Positions 38,822 to 52,000 of a DNA stretch of 64,000 bases are shown one piece after another (the stretch's first letter is position 1; every line of letters begins with the position of its first letter). The stretch is from Antedon mediterranea (Eukaryota > Animalia > Echinodermata). The stretch covers positions 930,001 to 994,000 of the forward strand of contig NC_092671.1 in assembly GCF_964355755.1 (NCBI RefSeq), given 5' to 3'. The notes under the pieces were generated by a model. The model did not search any database. It worked only from the letters and a program-made list of their open reading frames with translations, and had not been told where the DNA came from. Made by a program: the position numbers and the translations under genes.

Positions 38822-40369
38822 TTAATTATTATAATTTTTAGGCGGATAAAGTAACTTTAGAAAAACAACAAAGTAACTGTGAATTGATTACGGACATGTT
38901 TCAACAGGGTACTGGATTTCTTTAGTATCATTAATGTTCAGTTTAAAAAATATACTGTACTGTAATTCTATGAAAATGTTGTTGCTCTAGAAATGTCCTT
39001 CAGCCATTGAGTTGATCCCCTCTAGAATATTATACAGATAATATTAAGCCTGCATTTGATATCAACTATGTTAGGATAACATTACCATACCTTGTTAAAT
39101 CAGTATAAATTGACTCTAATGTTTGAAAATGGGTGTGATTACAGATAGCTGTCTAAGACTTGCACACAGAAAACAGTATACAAATTGTATACCTAGTTTA
39201 GAAATTATTAAAAATCATTTTTGACTGAATATGGAATGAGAATGTATGGTGTAGTTTAATCAAAATCCCAGAGATACTTTAATTAAATGCGACAGTCATA
39301 ATATGGAATTACAATGCTGGCAATGAACACATCCAAACATTTTGAAATTAAGCGCATTAAAGAGTTCAATGAATATTTAAGGTTCTCTCTACACTGTCAA
39401 CCGAATTTGAAAAAAAAACTTGTGATGTAACCAAATATGATAGTGATATGCCCAAATATGGTAGTGATAATGACATCATCATGTCTATTTATTTTTTGTC
39501 ACTTAAAGTTTGATAGTGTAGACATACTGTAGCTTAACATGGGGTATGAACTATGATGAAAAAATATATACGTGGACTTTAATGTAGGCCTGGAATGGGA
39601 TACCTACTAACCAAGACATGTTTGCTTTGGCAAAATACAAATTATGCAAATGTTATCTAGTATTGTATTGAAATAATTACCACACTCTCATTCACCTATA
39701 ATGGCGTTCCTCTTTTTATTGGATAAATTCAAAAGAATATATCAATTGAAACCAGAAGACAGAGCTGAAAGAATCAGGTGATGATAATAGTTCTGAATTG
39801 TGGTTTGGCATAATTAAAATGAAACAATTTCCAGATTTTGTTTTGGTCAGTTGCTATTTTTTTTAAATCTATATTTAAGAATACTACCTGTATGTGGCAA
39901 ACAATTACTTATTTCCTATTGTCTATTAACCATGGAGCAACAACAGTTAATTGTTTTTGCTCCATTTCTTACCTTACTAGAGGGCCTTATGTAATACAAG
40001 TCTATCAAGTAAAATATTGTTTGTTTGTAGTCCTATTTAAAAACATTATTCAAATTTCAATGAAAATTTAATGCAACTTCAGAAATGATCATTACTACTT
40101 GTAGGCCTCCAGTACTACTGAGATTGCTGTATTATTTACTAGTAAAACAAGAGACAGCAAGTAGGCTAGTTAGGCTATAAAATGGATGGTTCCAAAACCA
40201 AAGACCAATTTGTTTTATTTAATTAGAAATATTCTACTACACTTGCCTAATTGTATATTTTAGTTTTCATATAATTTAAATCAAGATATAAATCATTCAT
40301 TTTGAAGCCCATTGCATCGAAGTTTAAAATACCACCACCAGTATTCACTGTTGTTTTCAGCACACAAGT

Positions 40370-40720
40370 CTGTGTCGCCTGAATGGGGCTGGGCGGATAA
40401 TAGCGGGCGGACACACATAATAATCGGGCCTAACGAAATGAAGTAGGCCTAGCCTAGCTTCTCCATCTTCATCCTCGGAAAATGGATACAAAACTTAAAT
40501 AGATTTATTTCTAAAACAAGCTATAACATATCAATATATATAAATACCTGAAAAGATGTGTTTCTAATGTGTAAGGCAGTTTGTCTTGGCAGAATTTACT
40601 GTGTAAACGGCTAGCAAGCAAGTTATCAATTTACCACCATCATCGTCCAAAAATGATAAACTGCAAATGATGACGTCACACTTTTGCACATGCGTGATTT
40701 CATTGGTCAAATAAGGTATT
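40370..40720 (-). promoter_or_regulatory. Putative promoter / non-coding first exon of an unidentified minus-strand gene
   Basis: Local CpG/GC enrichment, GC boxes GGGCGG (~40391, 40405), CRE palindrome TGACGTCA (40671-40678), CCAAT on the minus strand (~40702), donor-like CAG|GTAT at ~40547. Confidence 0.35.
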
Positions 40721-41705
40721 ATACCGGTCATTTACTTGAAACAAAACATTTTTTCTGGTATTTTTTCAATTCCGATACAAAAGTACAACATCTATTATTG
40801 TAATTTTTACGTATTTTTAAATTTGTCCATATCAATTTGATCCAAACTTCAGTCAACAACAAACTTTCTTTATTACCGGTCAAGATAGACCCACACTATT
40901 AAACAAGCCAAATGTTGACCAGGTCCCACTCCTCTCTAATTAAAACATTGGTAAATTCTGGACTTGGAAATAGTGAAACCATTTCATAAGTAATATATAA
41001 AATTATGTAAACGCACTCCTCGTCACAACAGAAAAAATATCAAAAAGTGTATAATATAAACTTGCTATAATATATTTACATTTTACATAGTATGTAGTGA
41101 TTTGATCATACATTTATACAACAGATATTACAGTTCTTCAAATTAATGTATTGTACATGGATATAACTCTGCCATTGTTCCACATATATGAAATAAATTC
41201 TTTCAATAATAATATTACATTATATGTCTTTTCTTTTTAGAGGCTCTAAAGACTTATACAATATTAATATTATAGATTTTTTTAAAATGAAACAGGGGCA
41301 AGGTAGTTTAGCTACAAGCCCAAAATGCAGATTTAAGGTAATATTTATGCAACTAATGAATTCTAACATTTTTCTAATTTATTGTACATGTATGAACTTT
41401 AACATTTTTCAATCTGTTGGGAGAATTTAACTTTATGAATCCTCTTGTATCTTACTGTTTGAATGTCGGCTGTATATTTTTGTATTGTTTTAAGAGGGCC
41501 TCTTCAAGTCAGCTGTACTGCTGTAGTACAGCTGTTAGAGATACCCTTGTAAAAAAAAGTTGATTAAATGACCTGGGACAAGATGAGGAGGCAGCAACAG
41601 CTAATACTGGCTTGCGAGTATCATGCGATGGTCACATTGCATGGCTGGAGTTGTTGGATGCGTTTGAAACATATCTAAGTTCTGCTTTTGTTCATTTCAT
41701 TCAGT

Positions 41706-44700
41706 TTATTGTTGTACAATTGGCATACTATATTGTAAAGACAAGTCCTCTTGTAGAAGAAGAAAATGAACAAGACGATTATCAACAATATCTGAAATAA
41801 ACATTGAAACAAGCAATAAAACAGTTGAATTTAAAATAAAGCTGTATTCAACAATCACACTTAAATGAGATATTTCCTTTAAATATTAAGTGTTTCACTT
41901 GATTCAATAAATATTTAAGTATTTCCCTTAAATTTTATTCTCTTAGATTGGAAATTTTTGTAATTTTAAGGGTTTCCCTAGTGTGAATGGTGAATACAGC
42001 CACGAGTTTCTCAATATTTGGAATGGTTGTTTTAGCAGTCTTTAGTAGATTTATCACCCCTCCCACACAATGTGGTGTCCATTCAAATAAAAAAAGTCCA
42101 AATGATAATTTTTTAAATGCAACTTACTACAAATAATCTTTTGTGGATTTAGTTGTAGACCAGAAAAAAATGTCTGAAACCTCTTAATATCAATTTTGGC
42201 TCCAAACATTTCATCTTTATTTCTTGTTGAAACAGACGGTTCATCATCTGTAAAAAAACAAAAACAAAACAAGAGAAATGGTTTATTGGAGGTATGACCA
42301 GTGCCATATTGTCTGTGTTTTTTAATACCTTTTAACAGTTAAAAATAAGAGACTTAACAAACAAAAAAAGTTAAAAAGAACATACCAAAGTATTGAACTT
42401 GCAATGATTTAAAATGTGTGGAGACTGTGGCCATTTGACTTTCAACTTTTAATGTCATATCTCCATTTTGATTGGCTGAAAGTTCCTATGACAAATCAAA
42501 CAATCATTTCCAATTATAAACACAGTATTTTTGTGCATTCATACTATATTCACAAATAAGGTCCATTTATACTAAGACAATAACAATGAATGATATCTAG
42601 ATAAATATGCATTTTGCTTACATAGTGCCATCCACACTTAATCTGATCTTGCAAGTTTGGTTTTCTCTGGGAGGTAATGCAAGGTTGTACATTTAATGCA
42701 AGTAACTTCAACAATTTTAACAACAAAAATGACAGATCATCCAAACTGTCACTAATGATTTGTAAAATACACCTTTGCATTCATTGAACTTCTTTTATCA
42801 TAACTCACCAGATAACTTCCAATATTCTTCATTCTTTCCACAACGTTTTTGAGGAATTTTAGAGATGGCATATTAATGCTTACCTATAACAAATATTAAA
42901 ACACATGTAAATTTATCAAAAACACATAGAGTAGAACCTCTTTAGGACCGTTCAAAGTTTTCTCTTAAAGGGGAGGTTGGCTGTAGTGCTAACAAAAATT
43001 CCACCTCATTCACTTCCTGTTAATATGGATGTACTAAAAGGGATATTCTACTGTCTAAGCCTTAAGCTTTGTCTAAATTGTATGTGACAAAATAATGTGC
43101 CCATATATGGACATGATGACATCATATCACTACCATATTTGGGCACACTAGTATGATAGTGTAGAAAGAGCATAAAAGATTGTGCTGGTATTTATGTACT
43201 AATTACTTTTACATTACAATTATAAATTGATTAATTGGGTACATTCTCTATTGTATCATGTATAAAAGATAACATTAATGAATTTAATAATGTTGATTTT
43301 GAGAGTAATTTACTTAAAATATTTGATAGATTACATCAAAATCCGGAATAGTTGGTTCCTGAAAATCATCCCACAGACGTTTTGGTATAACATTAACAGG
43401 AACATCATGATTCACATTTCTGCTATGTCCACTTACTGAACACTAAAGCAAAAAAAAAGAAGATAAATTGGTTCATTCACTGAATAAGCTGTGTGTTTTA
43501 ATGTTATTCTAATTTTCTTCTACAGCCAATATTAATAGATTTGACATTTGAAAGTACTGTAAATAATAATACATTGTTCTTATATAGCTGCACTTAATGC
43601 ACAAAGTAATTGATAAAAAAAAAAATTAGTCAAAGAAATAAATCAATGATGAATAAGACAAAAGATAAAACAAAATGATATTTAAATTGAAAAATACATA
43701 CCAGCTCAACAAAAAATGTGAGACATGGACTTAATTTTTTAGTGAGCTTTATTTTGAGAGATTTAGCAAATTGTGCTGTTTTGGCAGCTCTGACTAAATC
43801 ATCTGGGGTAACTTCAAGGTAGATTTCATTTGCATCTGAAGATACTCCCTCCATATTGAATTCATCAAAAAAATTACTCTGAAAAGAAGAACACTTTACA
43901 ACATTATTACATATTATCATTAGTAATAATAATTATTACATACAATATTACAGTGCCATATTGATTAATTGTTTGCATTATTAAAGGGGGGTATAATCAC
44001 AACATGAACGATGTACAGTATTGAAGGTCGACTCGACCTACCGGAATTGTATAGATGATAATAATAGCTCGAATGAGAGAGTTGGAATATTTGTATACAT
44101 AAGTATTGCTAATTTTAACAAGTGTAGCCTATAGTAAAAGGCCTGGTAGTATCAATTCGTATAGGGTCTACTACACTAGCTAGCTCACTTGGTTGTTGTT
44201 TGACAAGGGAGAGAGATGTAAATTAGTTGACAACACAACGTACATGACGTCAGAGTTTGGAATCCACTGCTGATGACATGATTTTGTGGATATCTCATGA
44301 TTATTAATGAGCTTCCCTAAGCTGCTGAAAAACAGACTTTCCATGAATTTACCCTAAAATGTATATGAAATTTAATTTTTTTTATTTCTCGTTATTACTT
44401 CTTCATTCTGACATGTCTATATTGTTATATTTTTTATTTAATAAATAAACGATATTTAAAAACAATTTTAAACCCAGAATCCCCCTTTAAGGGCATGTGA
44501 CGCAGTGTGTTACTAGATACTTTACTTACATTTGCCTCTCTCCACCCAGGTGTACAAAAGATCAAGACACAATTTTGTGCTGATTACTATCTGCATGCAT
44601 TTGGGAGTATGTTTCCAGGCGTGTTTAATTAAAAATAATAATAATATGTACACCACTTAGAACATTTCACAACATTAGGCACATCTAGGATATTTATTAT

Positions 44701-45369
44701 TATTATTATTATTAAACATGGTGAATAAACACTACTGTACTACTAGATAAACTTAACTATGTTAAATGTGTTTCACCATGCAATGTGCATACTTACAGCT
44801 GTTACTTCGCACCAGATATTACCCTTGCATACATTATCATTGAGGATGAAAAACATTTTATCTTCTGTTATCCGCAAGACACAAAGGTGTGTCATTTTTG
44901 CTATTGTTGTCAAAACTCCTACCAACAACAAAAAATGAATAATATTAATAGGCTATTTTATTAATTAAAAAAAAGGTATATTTATACTATAATTTATAAA
45001 TTAATAAATTAGGCCTCTTCTATATAGGTAGTAAGCTTAACTATGTATGGCTAAAAGAGTCCTAATAAATGTAGTCAAATTAATGTTTTTCCTTTCCGTA
45101 GGTTAGCTAGGCCTAGGCCTCATTCATTGACGTAGCACTCACACGCTGCTGCCGCCGCAGACACTGTCACTCCACTCTCTCTCTCTCTCCCCCTGCTGGC
45201 CCTGATGAGGAACATGTCATCGGTCCGTCGGGACGATTCAGCCCATTCGACTAGGCCTAGCTGGGTAGCTATGTCTTGAGGGCCTATATCATGTAATATA
45301 TTAGGTTTATGACTTACGGATAAATCGATCTATGCATGCTACATCAACAACTTTAGCTCTAAATTTCAT
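41706..45369 (-). CDS. HUS1: Checkpoint protein HUS1 (9-1-1 clamp subunit), complete, 8 coding exons, 279 aa
   Basis: GT-AG exons (minus): 45369-45318, 44918-44797, 43878-43702, 43442-43335, 42883-42809, 42485-42386, 42247-42128, 41791-41706, totalling 840 nt in frame. Translation [35 protein letters not shown]...[21 protein letters not shown]...[19 protein letters not shown]...[27 protein letters not shown] is colinear with human HUS1 (MKFRAKIVDGACL...). Confidence 0.96.
43985..44486. mobile_element. Putative Kolobok-like non-autonomous element in HUS1 intron 2
   Basis: TTAA|AGGGGG...CCCCCT|TTAA. The TIR match is short, so the assignment is tentative. Confidence 0.45.
44491..44713 (+). mobile_element. 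Degenerate SINE with Nin/Deu-type core and (TAT)n tail in HUS1 intron 2
   Basis: GCCTCTCTCCACCCAGGTGTA resembles the conserved central motif of Nin/Deu-SINEs. Ends in a TTATTATTA microsatellite tail. Confidence 0.45.
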
Positions 45370-45909
45370 ATTTTTGCTCTTTCTCAGCTAAGCTCAGGCC
45401 TACAACATCAAACTTGCCGCCGCGATGTGCGATTTGTAATGTTAATTTGGTTGTGAGTAACATACGAATTAAAGGATATGACGGATTCGATAACTCCGAT
45501 TTACTTCAATCAATCTTTGGTCAAAATTGTCTTAAAAAGTAAGAAAAATAATAAATATAAATCAATCATAATAATAATAATATTGTTAAAGTAAGTTATT
45601 AGATATTATATAATATTGGATATTTTGTTTGAATGACATTAACGAGAGTTTGTGTGTAGTATCATATTTTACACCATGCATACATTTTGTTCAAGAACTC
45701 TTTCTATATCGATCCTCGAAAACTGTATTATTTTTAAGTTTCACGACCAACTATAGCCAAAAATAATCTAATTTTGTTATTGATAATATATAATGAAATT
45801 TGCACAAATTTAACAAAAATATTTGTTTTTAAAAAGACTATCATTGTCAGATGTTAATTTACAGTACCTAGTGGTTAAGTAGATATGTTATTAGTTTCCC
45901 ATGATGCCC

Positions 45910-45982
45910 GACCCTGTGGCCTAATGGATAAGGCGTCAGCCTCCGGAGCTGAAGATTGTGGGTTCGAGTCCCATCAGGGTCG
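45910..45982 (+). tRNA. tRNA-Arg (anticodon CCG)
   Basis: 73-nt cloverleaf GACCCTG...CAGGGTCG. A box TGGCCTAATGG, anticodon arm TCAGC-CTCCGGA-GCTGA, B box GGTTCGAGTCC. Followed by a T run. Confidence 0.96.
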
Positions 45983-45985
45983 ATA

Positions 45986-45994
45986 TTTTTTTTT
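45986..45994 (+). terminator. RNA polymerase III terminator of tRNA-Arg
   Basis: Run of 9 T starting 4 nt after the tRNA 3' end. Confidence 0.8.
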
Positions 45995-46819
45995 CATTTT
46001 ACTTTCTCATTGATAAAATTGTGGAACTCTTATTAAAAAAAACCAATAAATAGCATCCAATTCTTTTTTATTTAAAAATATCCATTAAACTTGCTTCAAT
46101 CCTTGGCACACTCAAAGTTTAGGTATTTTTTTAATGTTGCTAAAATTAATAAAATAAAATAAATAATAAATAACAACAAAACACTGGATTCTAAACGAGT
46201 TACAGTCTCAGCTCATTCAATCCTGCTTGATCTGGGGGCGTAGGTGTCCTGGGGGCATACAAGATAAACTAATGAGAGATGAAACGTACGTGGGAATAGC
46301 CATTGAATTTATTTAACATTCTTTGTGTACATTAGTAAATTTAATCATCATTTTTGCATAATAAATATTCTTTATGGTCGAAGGTTTACAATACATCGCC
46401 ATCTATAAACACACGCACACACATAATTGTTTTAAGCTAAGTTGGATTTGGTTTGGCCTATGAACGAACTAAACAAGTTTGTTTCTCAAGTTCAGCATCT
46501 TGTACTTGTTGACAGATTAAAAAGTAATACAGCGACACTACATTTATTCCACAATGTACCAATTCTCTGCTGAATTTGCAAAATAAAATCTGTAATACAG
46601 TAAACAATAATGCTACAGTAGGACAACCTCTCACCAAAAATGTGTCCAGTTTTCTCTAGTGGGAACCATGCCCTAAATATGAATTAATTTATCATTAAAG
46701 AAAACTACAAGAGAAAGTGGTGCTTGAATACAACATAGGTATCAGCATACCTGCACAAGAACATTGTACTGGTTTGGAAGACTAACATCATTGTCCACTA
46801 TTATATAAATAGCAACAGA

Positions 46820-47331
46820 AAATAAAGGTCTGTAATGCTGTGGCATGTGTACAGATACAAATAAAGGTCTGTAATGCTGTGGCATGTGTACAGATACAAA
46901 TAAAGGTCTGTAATGCTGTGGCATGTGTACAGATACAAATAAAGGTCTGTAATGCTGTGGCATGTGTACAGATACAAATAAAGGTCTGTAATGCTGTGGC
47001 ATGTGTACAGATACAAATAAAGGTCTGTAATACTGTGGCATGTGTACAGATACAAATAAAGGTCTGTAATGCTGTGGCATGTGTACAGATACAAATAAAG
47101 GTCTGTAATACTGTGGCATGTGTACAGATACAAATAAAGGTCTGTAATGCTGTGGCATGTGTACAGATACAAATAAAGGTCTGTAATGCTGTGGCATGTG
47201 TACAGATACAAATAAAGGTCTGTAATGCTGTGGCATGTGTACAGATACAAATAAAGGTCTGTAATGCTGTGGCATGTGTACAGATACAAATAAAGGTCTG
47301 TAATGCTGTGGCATGTGTACAGATACAAATA
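46820..47331. repeat. 39-bp minisatellite, ~13 copies
   Basis: Unit AAATAAAGGTCTGTAATGCTGTGGCATGTGTACAGATAC; source of ORFs 46742-47364. Confidence 0.97.
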
Positions 47332-49026
47332 TTCGACAGTATGGTGCAGTATAGCTGTCATTAATAATCTATAAGTAAAATATATTTATGATGTATAGTA
47401 CATTAATTAATTTATTTCTAGCAAAGATTTACTGTTAGAAATACACAATATACAATGGAAAAATAGTGCAGATTGAGCATATATTATTTCAGTATAAGGC
47501 GGGGAATGTTTAAATGTGTTGAGACGCTACAAGGGGGTGACTTATGATTTCACCCGAATAAAGATGAAAAAAATTTTTTAAATATATGTCTCTGTTAAAA
47601 CATTTATTACTTTGAAGGGAGGTAATGGAAGAGAAAGGATTAGGAAGAGAATAGAGGGAGGGGAGAGGAGAACTGAAGGAAAGAATGGGAAGAATTGAGA
47701 TGAAACCATTAGTTTGTTATCAAATTAATTCATTACAACCTTTCTGAGACATAACCCAAATCCATGTTAATATTACTGTACGTGTAAAACAAATGCCATT
47801 CCTCCAAACACAATTATAAATCAAGAATTTCATCTATGGAAACAAATAGTATGAATAAACTATTGTTACTAAAATGTATTCTTTCAGTAATTATTATGTG
47901 TACACCTTTTAATTACGATTCTACACCAGTTTTCAACCAGAAATAATCAATACACGAGTTGATATATATATATATTATATAGACACATACACATATATTT
48001 ATACAGTTCATCACAAAAATAGGTATCTGAAAAGTGCAATAACTCACATACTTCTGGTTAAACAATATCTACATTATTTGGTTCAATTTAAAACGATGAT
48101 TTAAGTTAGAAAATAACTGTTATTTAAAACCAATTTATGAGGAATTTAATATATTGCTACCGAGACGTTCCCTCCTGCCAAACTATAATACAAACATATT
48201 AAACAAATACATAAAGGTAATTAAGTCATTTTAATATAAAATATCAATAAACATGCAGTCGATTATATTGAGGTAAAAAAATGAAGATTTATTATATAAA
48301 AGTTAATTTGATGGGATGCCAGTAAATCAACAAGTAAAATGATAAAGTATAGTTTTATTATTACGGTATTCAACCAAACAATATATTTTGAAACTGAAAA
48401 TAGTAAATACTGTGAAATACACTGAAGATAACTCCATCTTATGTACATGTTACAAATGCATAGTGTCAAGTTTACATTTTTTGGTCAACAAAAAAATAAA
48501 TTTACTTTTAGTTACAATTATAACGTAAATTGTATTAACCTGAATAAATCTAAAATTTGATTAGTTAAATAATCACTTGTATTTCTTGTGCCCTGATTGG
48601 ATAAACTTTCATTTTGCAGAAAAATGTTTCATAATTAGAATTGATTTCATTGGAATTGTACCAGTTTGGTCATGATATGAATAATATAAATAATTTGTCA
48701 GCACATTATAAAATAATTGTTTTATGTATCTCTTTTTGTCTAATATAGTAGGCTAAATATAGTTCATAATTGTAATAATCTGATAACAATACATAGCACA
48801 TGGTTTCTATGACAACATGGCTAAATATCTATCTTCATCACATGACCAACAATATATTACCACAACTTTGTTACATCACAAACATTGCAATATTTATACC
48901 AATTAAACTATGTTAATATATATTTCATTTGTTAAGTGTATTCCATCACCAATAATCAAACTTATTACTGTTAACTATTACTCATAAAATATAATATGCC
49001 TGTAGAACGATATCCTAAGTGTCATT

Positions 49027-52000
49027 TTATATACAATGTACGTAATTCAGACCGAATTTGGCAGGAATTGAAATTTCGTTTAGAAGTACCGACGATGGGT
49101 TGTATGGAAATGTTACTGGAATTTGATGTCGAGCGTCGATCAGAAGCTGAGCTTCACGTTTCGCGTCTCCACGGTTCTTTAATTTTTGCTGAACTTGTCG
49201 AATGAAAGATATTTCTGTCCTTGATTCGTATTCATCTGGTGTGTACAGGCTCAAGATTTTGACGATCTATAATAATATTAAAATGTAAACACTATTAACA
49301 GAAAACAGTTTCAGTAATGATTCGACTTTGCATACATTTTGGTGCTGAATTCACTTTTCAAATAAAAGGAAATAAAGTAAACTTGTGATGTTGTGGCTAT
49401 GATACAACAAACAAATAATATTTGAATATGGCATCATTATTTCAATTTAATTTAGAGAGAGTAACCCTACCAGCTGAATCGGCAGGCCCTCTTTAAAATG
49501 ATAAAATAAAAACATTTATACCAAATTAAACTCTTTACAAAATAAAGTACAATATAAAAATCAAACAATTTACAATAGAATATGTTTTCTAAACTAAAAT
49601 TTAAAGGAATTCATATTGGAAGACTCTTTTAAAACAGCTCAACAAAAACTAATGATTGAAACCTACCTGAGTGGTTGTCAGCATGCTACATGTATCACAG
49701 ATCAACTTGACGTCATCATCTGTACGTTTCTTGACCTGTAGTAGCTGGGCTACCTGGACGAGTGGTTCTAGTATGTTCTCCATCCCTTGGTCAAACATGT
49801 TGTTTGTTCGTAACCACTCTTCCAATTCACTCAAATTGTAGCGGATTTGAACGCCCTTTGACCAGTGACACATTTCTTTGCGTAGCAACAGGTTGTTTAT
49901 TGTTGTTGAGGTAACAAGGTAGAATGTCTAAATAAGAACAAGAAAAAAGGAGATATTTGATCACAAAAAAACTTTCATTCTTATATTTTTCAAAACATTA
50001 ATGATATTCTCTGCTTTATAAATGGTAAATGCAGTACATGGATCCCACAACATAACATAAGATAAATGAACATGAAATTTCATTTCCTTGATGCTTATCA
50101 TAGGTCATTGGTAAAAAATGTTTTAAAAATTAAGGTAAATTGTATCTACATTTTCGTATATTAACTAATGAAAAAAAACTGTAAATAACAATGGTAACAT
50201 TACCTGTTTCATAACTTGTCGTATGAGTTGAGGGTCCACTCCATGGGAATTCATAACAGCAAGGTAGATTGACAACTAAAAACAAAAAACAAAATATGAT
50301 TATTTGTATTTGATAAGGTTTAAGTAAAGAGTGCTATTTCTTTCCATAGATGAGTTTACAGAGCCAGTTCACATTGATCCCGGATACCGGTCTAGTGGCC
50401 GTTCACACTAACTCATTAATCTTACCTGTTTTATAATTGATTCAATGGAAACATTCCTCATTTCTTGTTGTGGATTATTAACACTACTTGAACTTCGACC
50501 TCTCATTCCTGTTGGCTTGTTGGCTGTTAATCCAGCACTGTCACTTTCTAACATTGCAGGAACTAAATAAACAAAATAATATTCGTACCAATTAGAAAAA
50601 TAGGGAATCATAGTTCAATCAACCAATAGATAGAGGTTGGCTATCCAAAGATAAACATATGGATTATTCTAAATGTAGCTGGTTACATACCTATCATTGG
50701 TTGCACTTGGTTTTCAATGATCCTTACTAACATTTGATAGATATGTACAGCTAGATCATTCAATACACGACGATACTCAGACAAGTCAAAGTTCCGTAAG
50801 CAGTGCTCATTCTGGAAGTCTGAATTTTGTGACGAAAAACTCTATACACGCACAAGAACAATTATTAGATCATTAAATCATGAAGAAGTAAATAACATTA
50901 TTGTGAATTTATGACTGTGTAGAAGGTTGTGAGACATTTGTAGCAAAAGCACATGATCTTAATTATCAAAATAAATGTTTAATAATAAATGTAGTATAGA
51001 TATGTAGTTCAGAAAACTAGCATGTAGTCATATCAAAAGCACCAACCGACACTTTCACCTCACAAGTGTAGACAAGTAGGCCTTTAAAACACAAGGATAA
51101 AGGTCAAAGGTGAATATATTACCTGTTCTCCGCTGTATTGCTTAAGGTTATGGAGCAAACGACATGTATTTGTCAACCAGAAAGAAACATACTCAAATTC
51201 TTCAAAATGTTTCTATATTGAATAAATCATATACAACATTTAAAAAATTTACATTACGACATTTAAGGTGTTGAGAATTTGTCAAATAAAAGATTTGGAG
51301 AGCTATTCACATATAACATATAAAAACCAGTTTGTTCTTTCCTACCAAAGTAGTGCAATTTGTATCATCATAATAATGAACCAACTGATCAAAATTGGAT
51401 AAAATTAATAAATTACAGTACTGTGTTGGGAATGCTGCTAAATATCAGATATAATGTTGAATCTTACTTTGACTGTCTTCTTAATTCCATTAATGACCCC
51501 AGTAAGTAACATCTTAATTTTGTTGTCATTGTTAATGTAGTCAGCATGCCTGACGCACATGAATATAATGTAGGCTGGTAGACCAGGTAGATAGCCATCC
51601 GCCATCTTGGGCTTGAAATCTGACAAATAAAATATACATACATTCCGTGTTAAAGTATCTACAAAGCTGAGTTTATCAATAGAGCTCTTGAAGGGGTGTC
51701 CCCTAAATAGGGCTGTCTCAAAGAAGGGTTATACTGTAACTGTCTATTCTGATATAAGTGTCTAGTAGAATTATGCAACAGTAAAGCAAGCTCCCACGCT
51801 CATAACCAAACTTACCTATAATAATATTTTTGATTAGCCTTGGTTGATCATCTGCCTGGTACTCAATAATTCCCATCAGGTCACGTTCTTTGTGGCGTAC
51901 TGCTGGGCCATGATTTGGTGTGCCCATGTCATGGTGATTTGCTAAAATTGACACCGGCGAGTCTGTTGTAGGCGTAAGACCAGGAGCTGCAAAATAAGTA

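Noticed and set aside
41612-41800. Plus-strand 62-aa ORF
   Set aside because: Antisense shadow of the HUS1 last exon and 3' UTR.
46742-47364. Three overlapping repeat ORFs
   Set aside because: Translations of a 39-bp minisatellite.
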